From positions 124,001-188,000 of the forward strand of contig JAYWIR010000050.1 of NCBI GenBank assembly GCA_036172245.1: a stretch of 64,000 bases of DNA, in the 5' to 3' direction. A program made the position numbers and the translations under genes. How positions within the stretch are numbered: the stretch's first letter is position 1; each line of letters starts with the position of its first letter. The DNA is from Raillietiella orientalis. Its lineage: Eukaryota. Shown piece after piece: positions 1 through 12,000 of this stretch. Below the pieces are notes generated by a model that was not told the origin of the DNA, searched no databases, and saw only the letters and a program-made list of their open reading frames with translations.

Positions 1-700
1 TCTACCTGAAGGATTATTGCTCTAGAGCGAACTGATGGTCATTGCGCAGGAGGCCTTAGAGTGATGAAGAACAGAGCACTAAAGAACAACGGGTCCTACT
101 CCTGGAGTGCCAGGAGTCGGCATTTCTGGTGTTGCACTGGGGACATTTGTGCAACGCTTGCCCATCTCATTGGACCCTGGGGACTGTGTCTTCCAACTGA
201 TGCAGGTTTGGGGAACGGGAATACCTGCTCCATCTGCTTCTTGACTGTGCTGCCCTCCGACTTCTGTTCTTGAGTTCCGCAACGACCCTAGGTACCCAAA
301 CGAATTACTCCGGAGGCGTGATCAAAATCCTCTTCGTGCACGATGCCATTTCGCCTGCTCGAGCCCTAGAAGCCCTATGCTGCCTATGTGAGATTGTGGC
401 GGCCTGAGGCTATGCAGGAGGAGGCCGGCGCGACAGGGATATCATGTGCTTTACCCTGCATTTCCTGAGGACGGCAGCAAGATGACTCAATATGGGACAT
501 AAACAGAAGGAAATTGTCGGCATCCAGGAATGCATAGGATGCCCACCAGCAGACACTGATCCCATTTCTTGACCCCCTGAGTTCTTTTTTTTATTATTGA
601 TTTCTAGATGTTTTTCAATTTTCGTTTGCCCCTATCCATCCGTTGCCGAGGCAATCCTAGCCGGCCTGCATGCAGGTGACTCGGCAGGTTGCAAGCGTTT
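1..700 (+). mobile_element. L1-like family A relic, 3' end (zinc-finger region and 3' UTR)
   Basis: Translates as HWTLGTVSSN*CRFGEREYLLHLLLDCAALR, matching HWTWGNVEQNCAVCGEKESLLHLLVDCAALR of ORF 1434..3230. Followed by a T-rich tract and the 3' motif. Confidence 0.85.
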
Positions 701-1948
701 TCGGATAGAGTAGGGCCGATGGTCCTACACATGTCCCAAAAATGCCCCGGAATGAGCGGATGATGAATCCCTCAAGGGGGGAAAGGCTCCATTTTCAACG
801 CCGACAGGAAGCCTCGGGGGACTACTTGATGGCCAGGAAGGATTGTGGAAGGTCGACTTGAAATGTTATCAGAATTCGTCAGAGAGCACATCCGCAGCAG
901 ACCGAAAACGACCGGCGTCTTTCAGCAAGGAGACCCGAAACTTATGGTGCATTCTTCCGTTCTGAGTCGACCCTCCCTCGGGCGGGCTTCGAACACGCGG
1001 CGGCTGCGCGTAGGCCGCGGACGCGATGTTTCTTTTCCGGAGTGGGTGGCAGTGGACACGAAGAAAAGGGTCACCACGCAGGCAAAGTGGCTCGAAGCAG
1101 CAGAAATCCAGAATCCTCATCTGGGATCTCTTCCCCATGTCTCCCCATATTTTTGTAAATAGTGTGTATTTCTTTGTCCCTTCCCCCTCCGCTGCTGAGG
1201 CGAAACTCGCCGGCCTGCGTGCCGGTGCCTCGGCAGGTTCCGAACTCTTTCGGACAATGAACGGCCAGTGGTCCTCCACATGCTCGTTACTTTTTTTGAA
1301 ATAATAAAGTACTTGGCAAACCTGGGTGTGAAACCACGTGCGACTCGGCAAGTCTCCTCGTCGGGGAGGCTTGCAGGGTCGACCTGCCTTCCCAACCGCC
1401 TTTACGGCTTAACTATCCTCCTGCTGCTGCACCTTGACAAGGAACATCCTTTTTAGAGAGCAACACGTGTACGGCGTGCTGGTGCGCCGCGGGTTACGGC
1501 AGGGCGACAGCCTCAGCCCCCAGCTCTTCAGCATCTACTTTGAGTTGGTGCTGAGAGCATACAGGGAGACTTTGGCAACCCTGCCGAGCCCTTGTCTCGG
1601 CACGCTTCCCGTGTCGGCCTTTGCCGACGACCTCCTGCTCCTGCTCCCCGGGTCCATCCCGTCATCGGCGCTCGAGGAGTTCTTCGAGTTGCTGCGCCGC
1701 GGAACAGACCTTGAGGTGAACAGGACGAAGTCGTCGACCATCTTCTCGGACTCGTCGCAGGAAGGACGGTCGGATTGGATCCGTTTGGTGATCCCCACCG
1801 GTGGGAACATCAAGTACCTTGGCGTTCCGCTGGTGGACTTCTGCGTTGCAGAAGCGTGGTCCCACCGTCTTCAAAAGGTGGAGTTAGCGATCGGCTCGTT
1901 CCGGGACAGCGAGCTTTACTTGCGGGAACGGGCCGCGGTGTGGAACGC
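1..1948 (+). repeat. Outer inverted repeat segment 1, left (probably continues beyond the window start); partner 45860-47806
   Basis: Mirrored ORFs 61..273 / 47534..47746, 869..1351 / 46457..46939 and 1535..1813 / 45995..46273 (sum ~47808). Confidence 0.96.
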
Positions 1949-3230
1949 GTTCGCGGCCCCTCTCCTTCGCCCCCTGCTTTTTATTTGCCCCGTACCCCGT
2001 GAATTAAGAAAAAGAACGAAAGTCCTCCTACGTATCGCCCTGTGGGGCGGCGGGAGGCCTCGTGTGTTTTTAAAAGAATTGTGCGCTCCACGTCGGGACG
2101 GAGGTGTAAGCGTACTGACGATGGAGCGGATGGAAACACAGCTGCGGTGGCGTACTCTAGCCATCGCAGCGAAAATATGGAACTCCCCGTGGTGCGTACC
2201 GGCCCGCCTTCTCGCCAGACGTGTGTCCGGGACTGAAGGACTCGCGTCTTTTCTTGTGTGCCCCGGCCGGAAAAAAAGAAGATGCGGACTTCTACTGGGA
2301 CGCATGGCCACCCTGGCAAAGGAGAACGCGTGGATGACCTGCAGCCCCGCCAACTCCAGCGCATGGCTGGAAGAAACAGTTGGAACGTGGGCAAAGATAA
2401 ACAATATCAGTGAAGAATCCTGCAACGGCCTGCGTACCGGCATCTACACCCGCTGCACGCTGCGGAACATGATCGTGTGTCCCGCCAGAAGCACTTGGGC
2501 GGAGACAAACCCACTGGCCACGGCGCTACCCTTCCTACGGAGGGCGCTCCAAAATATTCGGAAGCCGAGATGGCAAGTCTCCTGCCGGATAGCGGGCAAA
2601 GAGAAGGATCTGACTGGGTGGACCATGAAGGAACTGGCTGACGCCGCGACCCCAAGAGTTTACCCGCATGGACTACGGAGATGGGGCGAGCTGCTCGGCA
2701 TCCCGACGGATGACCTAGAGTGGCCCCCATCGTTCATTGATTCATCCATTTTCCCCCTAAAGTGGCAGGAAACGGCGCTGTTGTCGTTGCACTGGGGTCT
2801 TCCCTGCAACGCGCGCCGCCACCACTGGACGTGGGGGAATGTTGAACAGAACTGTGCAGTTTGCGGGGAGAAGGAATCCCTCCTTCATCTGTTAGTGGAC
2901 TGCGCTGCCCTCCGGCCCTTGTGGGAACGTTTTGCTACGAACCTTTCAATGCCGGTAGGCAGCACCTCCAGAGACATAATGAGACTCCTTTTCGTGCGAC
3001 ACGCCCTGACACCAGCCTCAGCCCTGGCAGCACTTTGCTGCCTCCGAGGGATTGTGGCCGCGTGGAGCGCAGCCAACAGAGGAAGCAGCGATAGGGACCC
3101 CATCGTACACGCGGGTCGCTACCTGAGAATCGCGATCGGCTGGCCCATCTGGGAGGGACCTCGAAGGCATCCTGGAAAGAATGGTCTCTTCCTCCAGCGG
3201 GCTGTGATCCCTTCCCGGCCCTCCAAATAG
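1434..3230 (+). pseudogene. L1/Tx1-like ORF2, 5'-truncated: C-terminal RT, thumb and zinc finger (598 open codons; element ~1380-3340)
   Basis: RGLRQGDSLSPQLF, FADDLLL, KYLGVPL, LCAPRRDGG and CAVCGEKESLLHLLVDC. Lacks the endonuclease and early RT motifs; there is a stop just upstream. Confidence 0.93.
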
Positions 3231-4275
3231 TTTCTTTTCGTTTATTTCTTTTATTTTTCCTTTCGCTTTTACCCCCTTCCCCCTTCGCTGCCGGGGAGAG
3301 TCAAGCCGGCCTGCGAGCCGGCTTCCCGGCAGGTCCAAAGAACTATTGGCCGTAGCGGGGCCTCGTACCGCGAAAACAAAGTGTTTAGCAATAAACGCCC
3401 CGGCGTGAGCGGGTGAAAACTTTTCTCCCCTCCCCATAAACATTGTCCCTCAAGCGTTTCTGTTTCCTTTGGTTTTCTTTTTCCTCTTTTCCCCGTCCCC
3501 TTCGCCAGAGGAGAAGGCCTTACCGGCATACCACTCGGAAAGGACAAGTGCAAAAGATAAGAAAATAAGAACAATGTGTTCTGAAAGCAACACAAATACA
3601 AGTAATTAATAATTGACAGCAATTAAAAATGGTAAAAATGTGTTTTAAATAATAAAAGCCCCGGCTTACCCGGATGAAAGATTTGCAGAAACAAGGACAT
3701 CTTTGAGGATTGGGATACCAGAGGCTGGAAGTATGCTAAGAGTACCCGCTCTCGGCGACAAAGAATGAGAAGTACGGTGCTTTTAATGTGCGTCACCGAG
3801 CCCGCGCTCAATGGCGTCGCTAACGAGTGAACTGGCGAGGAGCTTCCTGCCTCTCTGCAGAAACCTCCCAAAGTAACGAAAACATTCCTGAGGTGTTCAT
3901 CTTCCATTGTATGCTCGGTGATCTGATACTGCGACGAGGAAGCGGGAGAGAGACCTCCCGTCGACGCGACACCCTGCCGGAAGACTACACGCAAGTTCAA
4001 GGCTCCCCGGAGGATCATGCTCCCACTGGAAGAGAAGGAAATGACCTCCGGAATCGATAGTGCGATGAGTCTAAGGAACTTCCGGAAACCGTAGCCCGAG
4101 AAAATCCCACGCTCAAGCATAGAAGCGTTGAAGGTGGTAGAGAGACCGTGTCCCAGGTGCCTCAGGTACCCGAGGAGGCCATCGTCTCCGTGGACATCTC
4201 GCCCACCTGCACCTTGCCAGGTGTTCAAGTGCTACTTTACCAGCCTTAATGCCGGAAAGAGCATACCACCGTCGG

Positions 4276-4900
4276 ATGCGGATCGCTTGCTGGTAGGTGA
4301 ACGGGCTGAGCGACGACAGCAGCAGACGAGACGTGGCCGCTACCCTAGCAGTTTTTCATGACGGGGATCTACATGGTCTCTGCAGACCAAGCACGGGAGA
4401 TCGAGCCACACACGGTTCGATGGCTGCTCTTTCGTTGTGGTAACGTCAAATCTTGTGGCGTCGCCTACGTGCTTCGGCCAGGAATCGAGGCCGCGGCAAA
4501 GGGCGGGCAGTTCGATGGTGTCGGTCGCGTCGGCCAGCTGACCTTCAGTTAGTCTGACTCCCTCGACCTGCTCGTCACTAACTTATACCCTCCAGGCGGC
4601 AGTAGCGCCTTAAACCAATAGGCAAGAAAAGAACTATTTCTTGTCTGAGACGCAAATGCAAGATCGAAGCGGGCGGGCTCAAGGCGAACCTGATTTCCAA
4701 GGATTTCAACGAGCAGTGGAATGCACGGTTGCTTCCATTTTGTCTTCCTCGCCAACGGCGAGAAGTTTTGCTGACTTCGCTGCGGCCACAGCTGTCAAAG
4801 AGGGACCCCTCGTTGAAGCAGAGTTCCATGTTTACGAAGCCAAGGCTACCACTTCGCACTCCGTTATCAGGTGACTATGTTTCTTCCTGCTCTCGACGGG
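4276..4900 (+). pseudogene. Decayed APE-type endonuclease domain of a LINE ORF2 (mirror ~43120-43747, minus strand)
   Basis: MRIACW*VNGL, SCGVAYVL, DGVGR, VTNLYPP and ISKDFN appear in the order expected for WNVNGL / GVAI / DxxGR / NxYAP / GDFN, with frameshifts. Confidence 0.75.
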
Positions 4901-5069
4901 GGTCAAGTCAACGACGAATTTATCCGCATACGCTAGCGGGAAGACAACCTTTTCGCAATACTGCCCGTTGAGGGCTTAGGATACTTCAATTTGCGATGCA
5001 ATGACGCGGCACTGGTGCAGCGCTTGCTTCGTACCACAGTGTCCATCCGTGGCAAGAAGGTTTTTTCGG

Positions 5070-5730
5070 ACCCATGGATGATTCTTTCGTTGTAAAGATG
5101 TGAGACCTAGAGTCGGACTTCTCAGACCGCGGCCCAAGAAAGGCGCTGGCAAAGTTCGTCACCTTCCATGCTCTGTGGAGGGTTGAGGGCACCTTCAAGG
5201 ACTTTCGGTCTCTACACAGCAGAATCGCCGCGGGTCACCATGGCGAACCGCCTATCGCTATTTGCGAGTCTAAGGGTGAACGATGCGGTCATTCACCCGT
5301 GGTACGCAGAAGAGGAGAGCGCTTGCAAGCATTGCGGTGAAGAGGAGCATCGCAACGAAAAATTCCCCCCAGGTTAATGCCGATATTGCAAGATGTCCGG
5401 AAAAGACTTGAGGAAGTGTCCGTAACTTGCTAGCAAAAGTGCCGCCATAAAAGTGAAACGCGGTAAAGAGATTGCGGAAAAAATAAAGAACGCCCCGAAA
5501 ACTGCAAAGGACGCTCGGAAGGAATCCTGCAGGAAGCGGAACAAAATTCTCAGAAGGGGTCACCGTGCTCTCCTGCGGTGTGCGTGCCGAGGATTGCGCG
5601 ACAGAAAAGCGGCGGAGAAACACGCGGAACGACCCCGAACGGCCACCAAATCTCGCGGGGAAAAAGCAGGGAAGCCCGGCGCAACGGCAGAGCAAGCAGA
5701 AGTCGAAGAGACCACGGTGCACGCGAAATG
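5070..5730 (+). pseudogene. Decayed LINE ORF1 (zinc-knuckle protein; mirror ~42305-42955, minus strand)
   Basis: SFVVKM...KALAKFVTFHALW...RVTM...PWYAEEESACKHCGEEEH...CRYCKMSGKDLRKCP aligns with ORF 60152..61399. Confidence 0.8.
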
Positions 5731-6749
5731 AAAAGGGCAGCACCGTAGTAACGGGAGAACTGCTACTGGCGGTGCGTCACACCGCAGGGAAAACGGAGTG
5801 CAGCATGGGCGGCCGTCAAGGGATGACCTTCCGGAAGCTCCCTTCCCGCGTCGCCATGGTCAAAGTAGGCGAAGGAATGGGAGCAGCTCCCGTAGACGCC
5901 CGACTCCCAGGAGGCGCTTTCTGCGCGCTCTTTGAGGAGCCTCGAGTGGAAGCCAAGTGGAACTGAAAAACATCAAGATGTACATTGAAACAGAGGGCCA
6001 TCCATCCGCCATGACCTTTAGGGACTCCGTCGCGGATGTGATCGCACTCTACGACGGCACCTTCGACGACCGTCTGAGCGAAGAACAGGGAAACACACAC
6101 AGCCGGCCGCGCGGCCGCGGAATCCGTTATGCCACAAAGCGTTTTGGGTTCGAATCTCCACGTGCAGCATACATGCGGATAAATAGGTGCCTTAAGGATT
6201 TCCTGGAAGGGAGCGTGCGAACTGTGGAAAAGTTCTCAGGAGTCCCTCAGAGCTGCTTTCCTGACACCGAGGAGCAGCGTTCGGACTCATAGCGATCTGA
6301 AGTGACATTCCGAACAAGCGGACCCGTCCACAGAAGAAACGGTTCGCAGGCTATGAGCCGCTCCTTGACGTTTCAAGTCATAAATACCAAAGAATGTATG
6401 CATCCGGCAGCAAAAGCTGGCAATGACCACTAGCCTCCACGATCGAGCACGCCTCAGGCAGTCAGCAGCCCTCCGACCTCCCCGTTTTTCCCCTTTCCGA
6501 CATGCAGTGTGGTAAATCAATTTTCAACATCTTTTTATGAAAGTGTTCTGTATGGTCACTAGTTCTAAGATCTCACTTTCAAGATTAGTCTTCGGGCATC
6601 AGGTCATTAAGATTGCGTGAAGAATTCACTCACTAAACTATGTTTCTTAATCCTTCGCAGGGTGTAAGAGAACGTCAAAGTGCTGCACAACTTCCTATGG
6701 CTATTTCCTTCTTAAATGGACCTTTCACTATTTCCACAGCTGGCGCACA

Positions 6750-8139
6750 TTAGGGTCCTCATTTTTGCTCTTCTCACCACGATGCTCGTTATAAAGAGGG
6801 CGACGTTGACTCGGACCATTGGGTTCTATCGAGGAACAGCGCCGTTCCTTTCAAACATCCCTGCCAAGATCTCCATCTTGTATATCCTCTGCAGGCCTGT
6901 CACCTTCTTCCGCTTCGCCCAGTCCTGGAGCGGCGTCTAGCAAGTGATGATGTATAGTTGGGTTTCCCTGGCTCAACCGGCCTTGCATAGCTCGTCTTGC
7001 GCCTTCCCTGACCAGTGCCTTGTCCTCGTGCACCTCAGGATGCCTCCGTGATAACACATCAGGAGATCATCTTGAGTGATGAGTGTCAAATCGCTTGTTC
7101 AGCCCGTGGTTCCAGCCGAAAGAAGGTTCACCTCCCTGCACGCGTAGCGGCTGACCGCCACAGACAGAGAGTCGTGGTCGTCTGGAATCTTCGTCATTGC
7201 GTCTCGGATATTTCCTCTGAGGATCAGGCGATATCATTCGGATTCCGGATTTCTTCAGAGTTCCCGATATTGTAAGTAAATCTTCTCATTATTTTCTTAA
7301 TGAGGCGTCACAGTCGCATTTTCCTGCGATCGTCATTGGTCTCAAACTGTCCGCAGTCCTTCATGGTCATCTTTGGCCTGTCCAAAAACCACTTTTGGGT
7401 GTCCCGAAGGACGCGCGGGAAGCATGGGATGATATTCACTAGTTGGTCTTTCCATATGTTTTCACTTCTAGGCACTATTTTAAGATCGTGGATGTTCACC
7501 AGTGCCTGTTCGCGTTCCCAAGTGGAATCGATGTTCCCCTCCTGTCCGTCTCTTCCTAATATTGACAGATCTCAGACCTCCCGAATTGCTGAACAGCTGC
7601 GAGTGGGCTCCCTGCTCCGCCGCACACGTACACTCGTCCCATTTGGTGGCCAGATTCAGGATTTATCACACGTCCAGCAGATCCACGCATCGCTGGAGCG
7701 GTTTCATCCCGGTGCCGCCTTTGTCTCGCGGTCGTTACAGCAGTTTTAGCCTTACTCGCGGCTTAAGCTCTTTCCAAAGTATTTTTTGCTGTAGTTCCTC
7801 TCCTTACTCGTGGCTTCGTCCAGACGGCATAAGGCCTTCCTGAAGAGAAGCTTGGGAACGTACACAGACAAAGACAAACGTCGAGTGGGACGTAGTTTGC
7901 AGCCGCCTCTCTCGTTTACCCCAGGATTTATTTCCACGTGTGTTGCAAAGCCGAGGCGGCACCAATGTGGATTCCCAGGTACGTGATGTCGTCCACCAAT
8001 CACAATCCTGTCTCCGTTAAGGTGGAAAGGTCCAGAATTCCGATGGGCAATTGCAGACCTCTTTCCATGGACTTGAGCAGCATCGAGGACCGCTTACTGT
8101 TGCCTCTCTCCATTAAGGAAGAAAAGGAGATCGTCGGCA
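6750..8139 (-). mobile_element. L1-like family B relic, 3' part, truncated at the xADD motif
   Basis: Mirror of 39845-41290; begins at ADDLLFFLNG. Confidence 0.8.
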
Positions 8140-9086
8140 ACGCGCCAACTCTGCAGCCGAAGCCGAGTGGCGCGTGGCGAGCGAAATGGAGTATAAGGAA
8201 AGAAAAGGATCGCTGGTAGCCGTGGTGAAAGGGCAACAGTCAGTGGGCAGCATCCCCGATGGCATTCTCTCTTGGACGACGACAGGACGTTGCAGTCCGC
8301 GGGAAGGCGACCGCCGCTTGCGTGTTGCCGCACCCTCAGCAGCAACACACGGCGCTGCCACGCACTCACGGATAAGTGGGTGCCTCAACGCGCCTCTTCG
8401 TGTGCAGAAGAGTACGCCGCCGCGTGCGAACACACGTGACGGCCTCACGCATCCTAGGCGAGTGCACCTTTGGGTGAGCGCGTCGAAGATACTGGAGTCC
8501 ACCGCGGCGGGTGCAGAAAGGGATGGAGCGTCCGGCAAGCGGAACGCTTCAAGCAGGCGAATTGCCTGCGAGAAAAAAACCAAAAGTGCACGCATAGGCT
8601 CCTTGCTCCGGGAAGGCAACAGCAAAAGGAGCCTGAGAGTGTGCGCCAGGGATCGATCAACCGATCGATCAATCTTCCACCCCCATCCTCCTCATCTTTC
8701 CGTTCCCTGGCGCCCCTCGGGGAGTTCCCCGCACCCGCTTTCGTTCCATCGGGCGGGGAACACTTTCCGGCCGTTCCACGAGACGCGGGAAGCAGGAACG
8801 CAAGGCCCTTAGATCCCACAGGCACTTTGCGCTTCCGCTTGCGTATTTTCGACGCCTCCTTGACACTGGGCCGGCCCAGTGTCAAGGAGGCGTTGCTCCT
8901 GCCCGCAACGGGGGCCGGGCAACGCAGGAGCAGCAACTGTGGTTCCGCTATTTCCCCTCTTTTCATCCCATCCATCTTCAGTGAGCGGTGTTTCTTGCAC
9001 CGACCGCACCCTGCTACTTGGAATCAGCTCATCGGGGAATACCTCCAGCAGACTGACCCCTGCCGCGACACCGCCACATTTTTATG
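8133..9086 (+). repeat. ~950-bp segment duplicated in inverted orientation at 52678-53616
   Basis: Mirrored ORFs 8454..8975- / 52789..53295+ and 8669..8866- / 52898..53092+. Confidence 0.95.
8850..8895. repeat. Second copy of the 46-bp palindrome (42 bp perfect at 8852-8893, one mismatch at 8894)
   Basis: ACGCCTCCTTGACACTGGGCC|GGCCCAGTGTCAAGGAGGCGT. Confidence 0.97.
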
Positions 9087-12000
9087 CGGAAAGACGGAGA
9101 GAGCTCCCTGACACGCCGGTCGGTAAAACCGAAAGTCCGGAACGGCAGTAAGGGACCACAACTCAATATATAAGAGAATACACAAAAAAATATGTGGCAG
9201 GAAGCTTAAGGACCGCAATCCTTTGCTTCGGTCTTCCCTTTCGTTCAGAACCCGCCTGGGATGCTGGACATCTCCTTCCAAGCGTCTTCTGGAAGATTGG
9301 GTCACCTGGTAGCCGACGTTATAATGTCGTCGGCTACACCGGTGACCTCTCGTGAAATAGCAAATAGTTTCGAATTCATCCTGCATTCTGCAAAATTTAC
9401 TATCACGGCATCAGCATTCGTGACCATTTTTAAGAAAATCGAAAAATAATGATTCCCTGAACAAATGTCAAAAAAGAAGTAAGCAAACTACATTCAAAAA
9501 TTTTCGTTGGCGGCATCCTTCAGAACACTTCCACGAACAGAGCTCCCCTTCTCCATTTCAAATGTATCGGAAGCAAATTTCATCATAATTTCAAGGCGAC
9601 CCTCACAAACCATCACTCGAAATGCCGTGAACAGACTTCAAAGGGGATAGTCACTTTCAAAATAACGGTTCAACTACACAGAGGTCAAGCTGCTTCGCTT
9701 TCTACCGAGAGCACACCAACCACAGCATTATCTCTTGAAACGAATGGCTTACTTGTTGAAGATTGCCTCCTCAGCAGGTTCGATATTCAATCGAGAATTC
9801 AATTAGCGAAATTGAAACCGACGAATGCGTACCCTTTCCATGAGTCCACAGTGCGTTCCCCATATCACGTTGTCATAGACTTCACCCTTCTTTTCAGCCA
9901 TCTTTCTTCGAAAACTGCCCCAATGTTAAGAGACAAACTGATAGATCATCCGACGCAGGTGAGAGCTGGACCATGTTGCCTCGCAACCTCTTACTCACTC
10001 CCTTCATTTTAGAACACCTTTTCAATCAAAAAGCATCAGCAAACACGGTTTCCATTTTTCCTCAATCCTTTCAGTGTTTCCTCATTGTGCTCACTTCAGA
10101 AATGATGGTACGAAACCTCAAAACCACCGTTTCAGTATCAAAACTCAACCGCAACTGACATCTGCTCATCACTGATGGACCATGCTCTTTCAAACAGGAC
10201 AAAATGAGCCACTCATTTCACCATTCCCGTTTTGGTGTCGACCATGATCTTTGTCTTCCATTTTCCGAGGTCCTGGATCCCTCATAAGGAAACTAGGAAC
10301 TTGCTCCATCGTATCGGTCAGGGTTGAGTCATGTACTTTTCATGGGTGTCCTCACGGAAAGAACATTGGAAGAAAAACACCCTCCTCAATAGTAAATCTC
10401 GCCATCATTTCGACAAAGGCTCATCTTTCTTACTATCATTGCCAAAAGGAAATCCAAAGCTCGAGGGTATCCCAACCTCTACTCGTCTCCCCATACCCTC
10501 TTTCCCTTCGCCTTTTCTCATATTACTGTCCTCACATTACTCTGGCAATACCGCTTTTCTGCGATCTTCCGACGCTAATACTTACCTGCTGGATTATTCT
10601 TGATCCTTCTCTCAACTGACCATACCTCACCCTCTTTGAATTCATAGCACAGCAACGTCAGCCGAGGTCTGTAATCTTTCGGCATTCTCCCATGCAACAA
10701 AACACAGACCGCTCGTCTCACTTCTTCTCGTTAATCATGTTTATGAAGACTGCCTGCACACTGTTCCGCTTCACTCGAGCACCCGTGCGATTCTCAAGGA
10801 TGGGGGATATCCCAGAAGGGTACCTCCTTAAGAATCCAAGAAAGCCTTGGATTTCGTTTCTCTCACGTCTGAATAGAGATCCATGGAATGAAGATCATCT
10901 ATACACTGGTTGCGTCCAAAGGGAGTCCCGGTGGAGTGCCTTCCGTTTCCCTGGTCCGAAAGGCACCCGTAAGGAACCGCTCCTGTTTCACCCTCCGAAG
11001 AAAAGCTCGAAGGAATGTCTGTGGTTTTTTTTTTCAAAAGGGCACTGTCTCCAAAGCAAGCGGCACGCTTCCGTGCACTCTGAGGGCGACACACCTACTC
11101 CACGAACGATCCCCCTGGATTGAGTACCGCTCCTTTGCACAACCGAAAGACAACTTCCACTATTTGATTCTTCATAGAATCATAAGATCAAATTCCGATG
11201 TTTACTCAACCAAATCATCCACTTCTTAACGCTACCCTTGCCGCATCCGTATGAATATAGGTGAACCAACGTCATGCTGCAGGAACAACTCGTAGCCACG
11301 ACCCACCTTCCATTACTTCTTGTCCATTCTAGACCAGTGTTTTTACCCGCGAAGCTTGATGGTGCCACACCCGGAGACTACCGCAACCACGTGGCCTCGT
11401 CAGCAGGCACCCCAATTTCACATGGTCGAGTGCCCTTCTTCTCGGCCGATTCTAATCCTCATAAACTGGGCATCTCTTATTAGCGGCGAAGAAGTCGCCG
11501 GATGCGAGGCGACGTCTTTCCGAGTTGAAACAGATGCTCCGCGTTTCTTCTCTCAAGTGGACGTCGCCTTGAATACAGCATCCCACGCAGTCTCCTTCAC
11601 GGCGCTCGTCGAATGCCCTGTGCGCGCCAGCTTTGTGGGAGGCAGCCAGCGCCTTGCAGCGTTTTGAATGCGGCCACAGAAGACGCGAGCCATATACAAC
11701 GTGAGTGGTCCACGGAGAAGAAATGAGCTGAGCTGAAGGTAAGACTCTCATGAAATGCTCAGGTGAGTTCGCATCGAACGCCGAGATATAGATCTTCCCT
11801 TTTGCTGATAAGTGCTACGGAATAGCCATCACGAAAACCCTCCCGTGCGGGGGAATTTCAAGTGGCGCGCGAGTGCCCACTGTCCCTGAAGTGGATGGAT
11901 GAAGGCGCGAGATCAAAAGTAGGGGAACCATGCGCTGAAAGCTCTACGGAAACGGAAGACAAATGAATTTGAGGTTAGCAGGCGAGGCTAGAATTGCACC

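Larger units (their letters stand above)
3425..8139 (+). repeat. Outer inverted repeat segment 2, left; partner 39845-44596
   Basis: Mirrored ORFs 3623..4228 / 43795..44400, 5957..6292 / 41743..42078 and 6716..6940 / 41095..41319 (sums 48023-48035). Confidence 0.96.
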
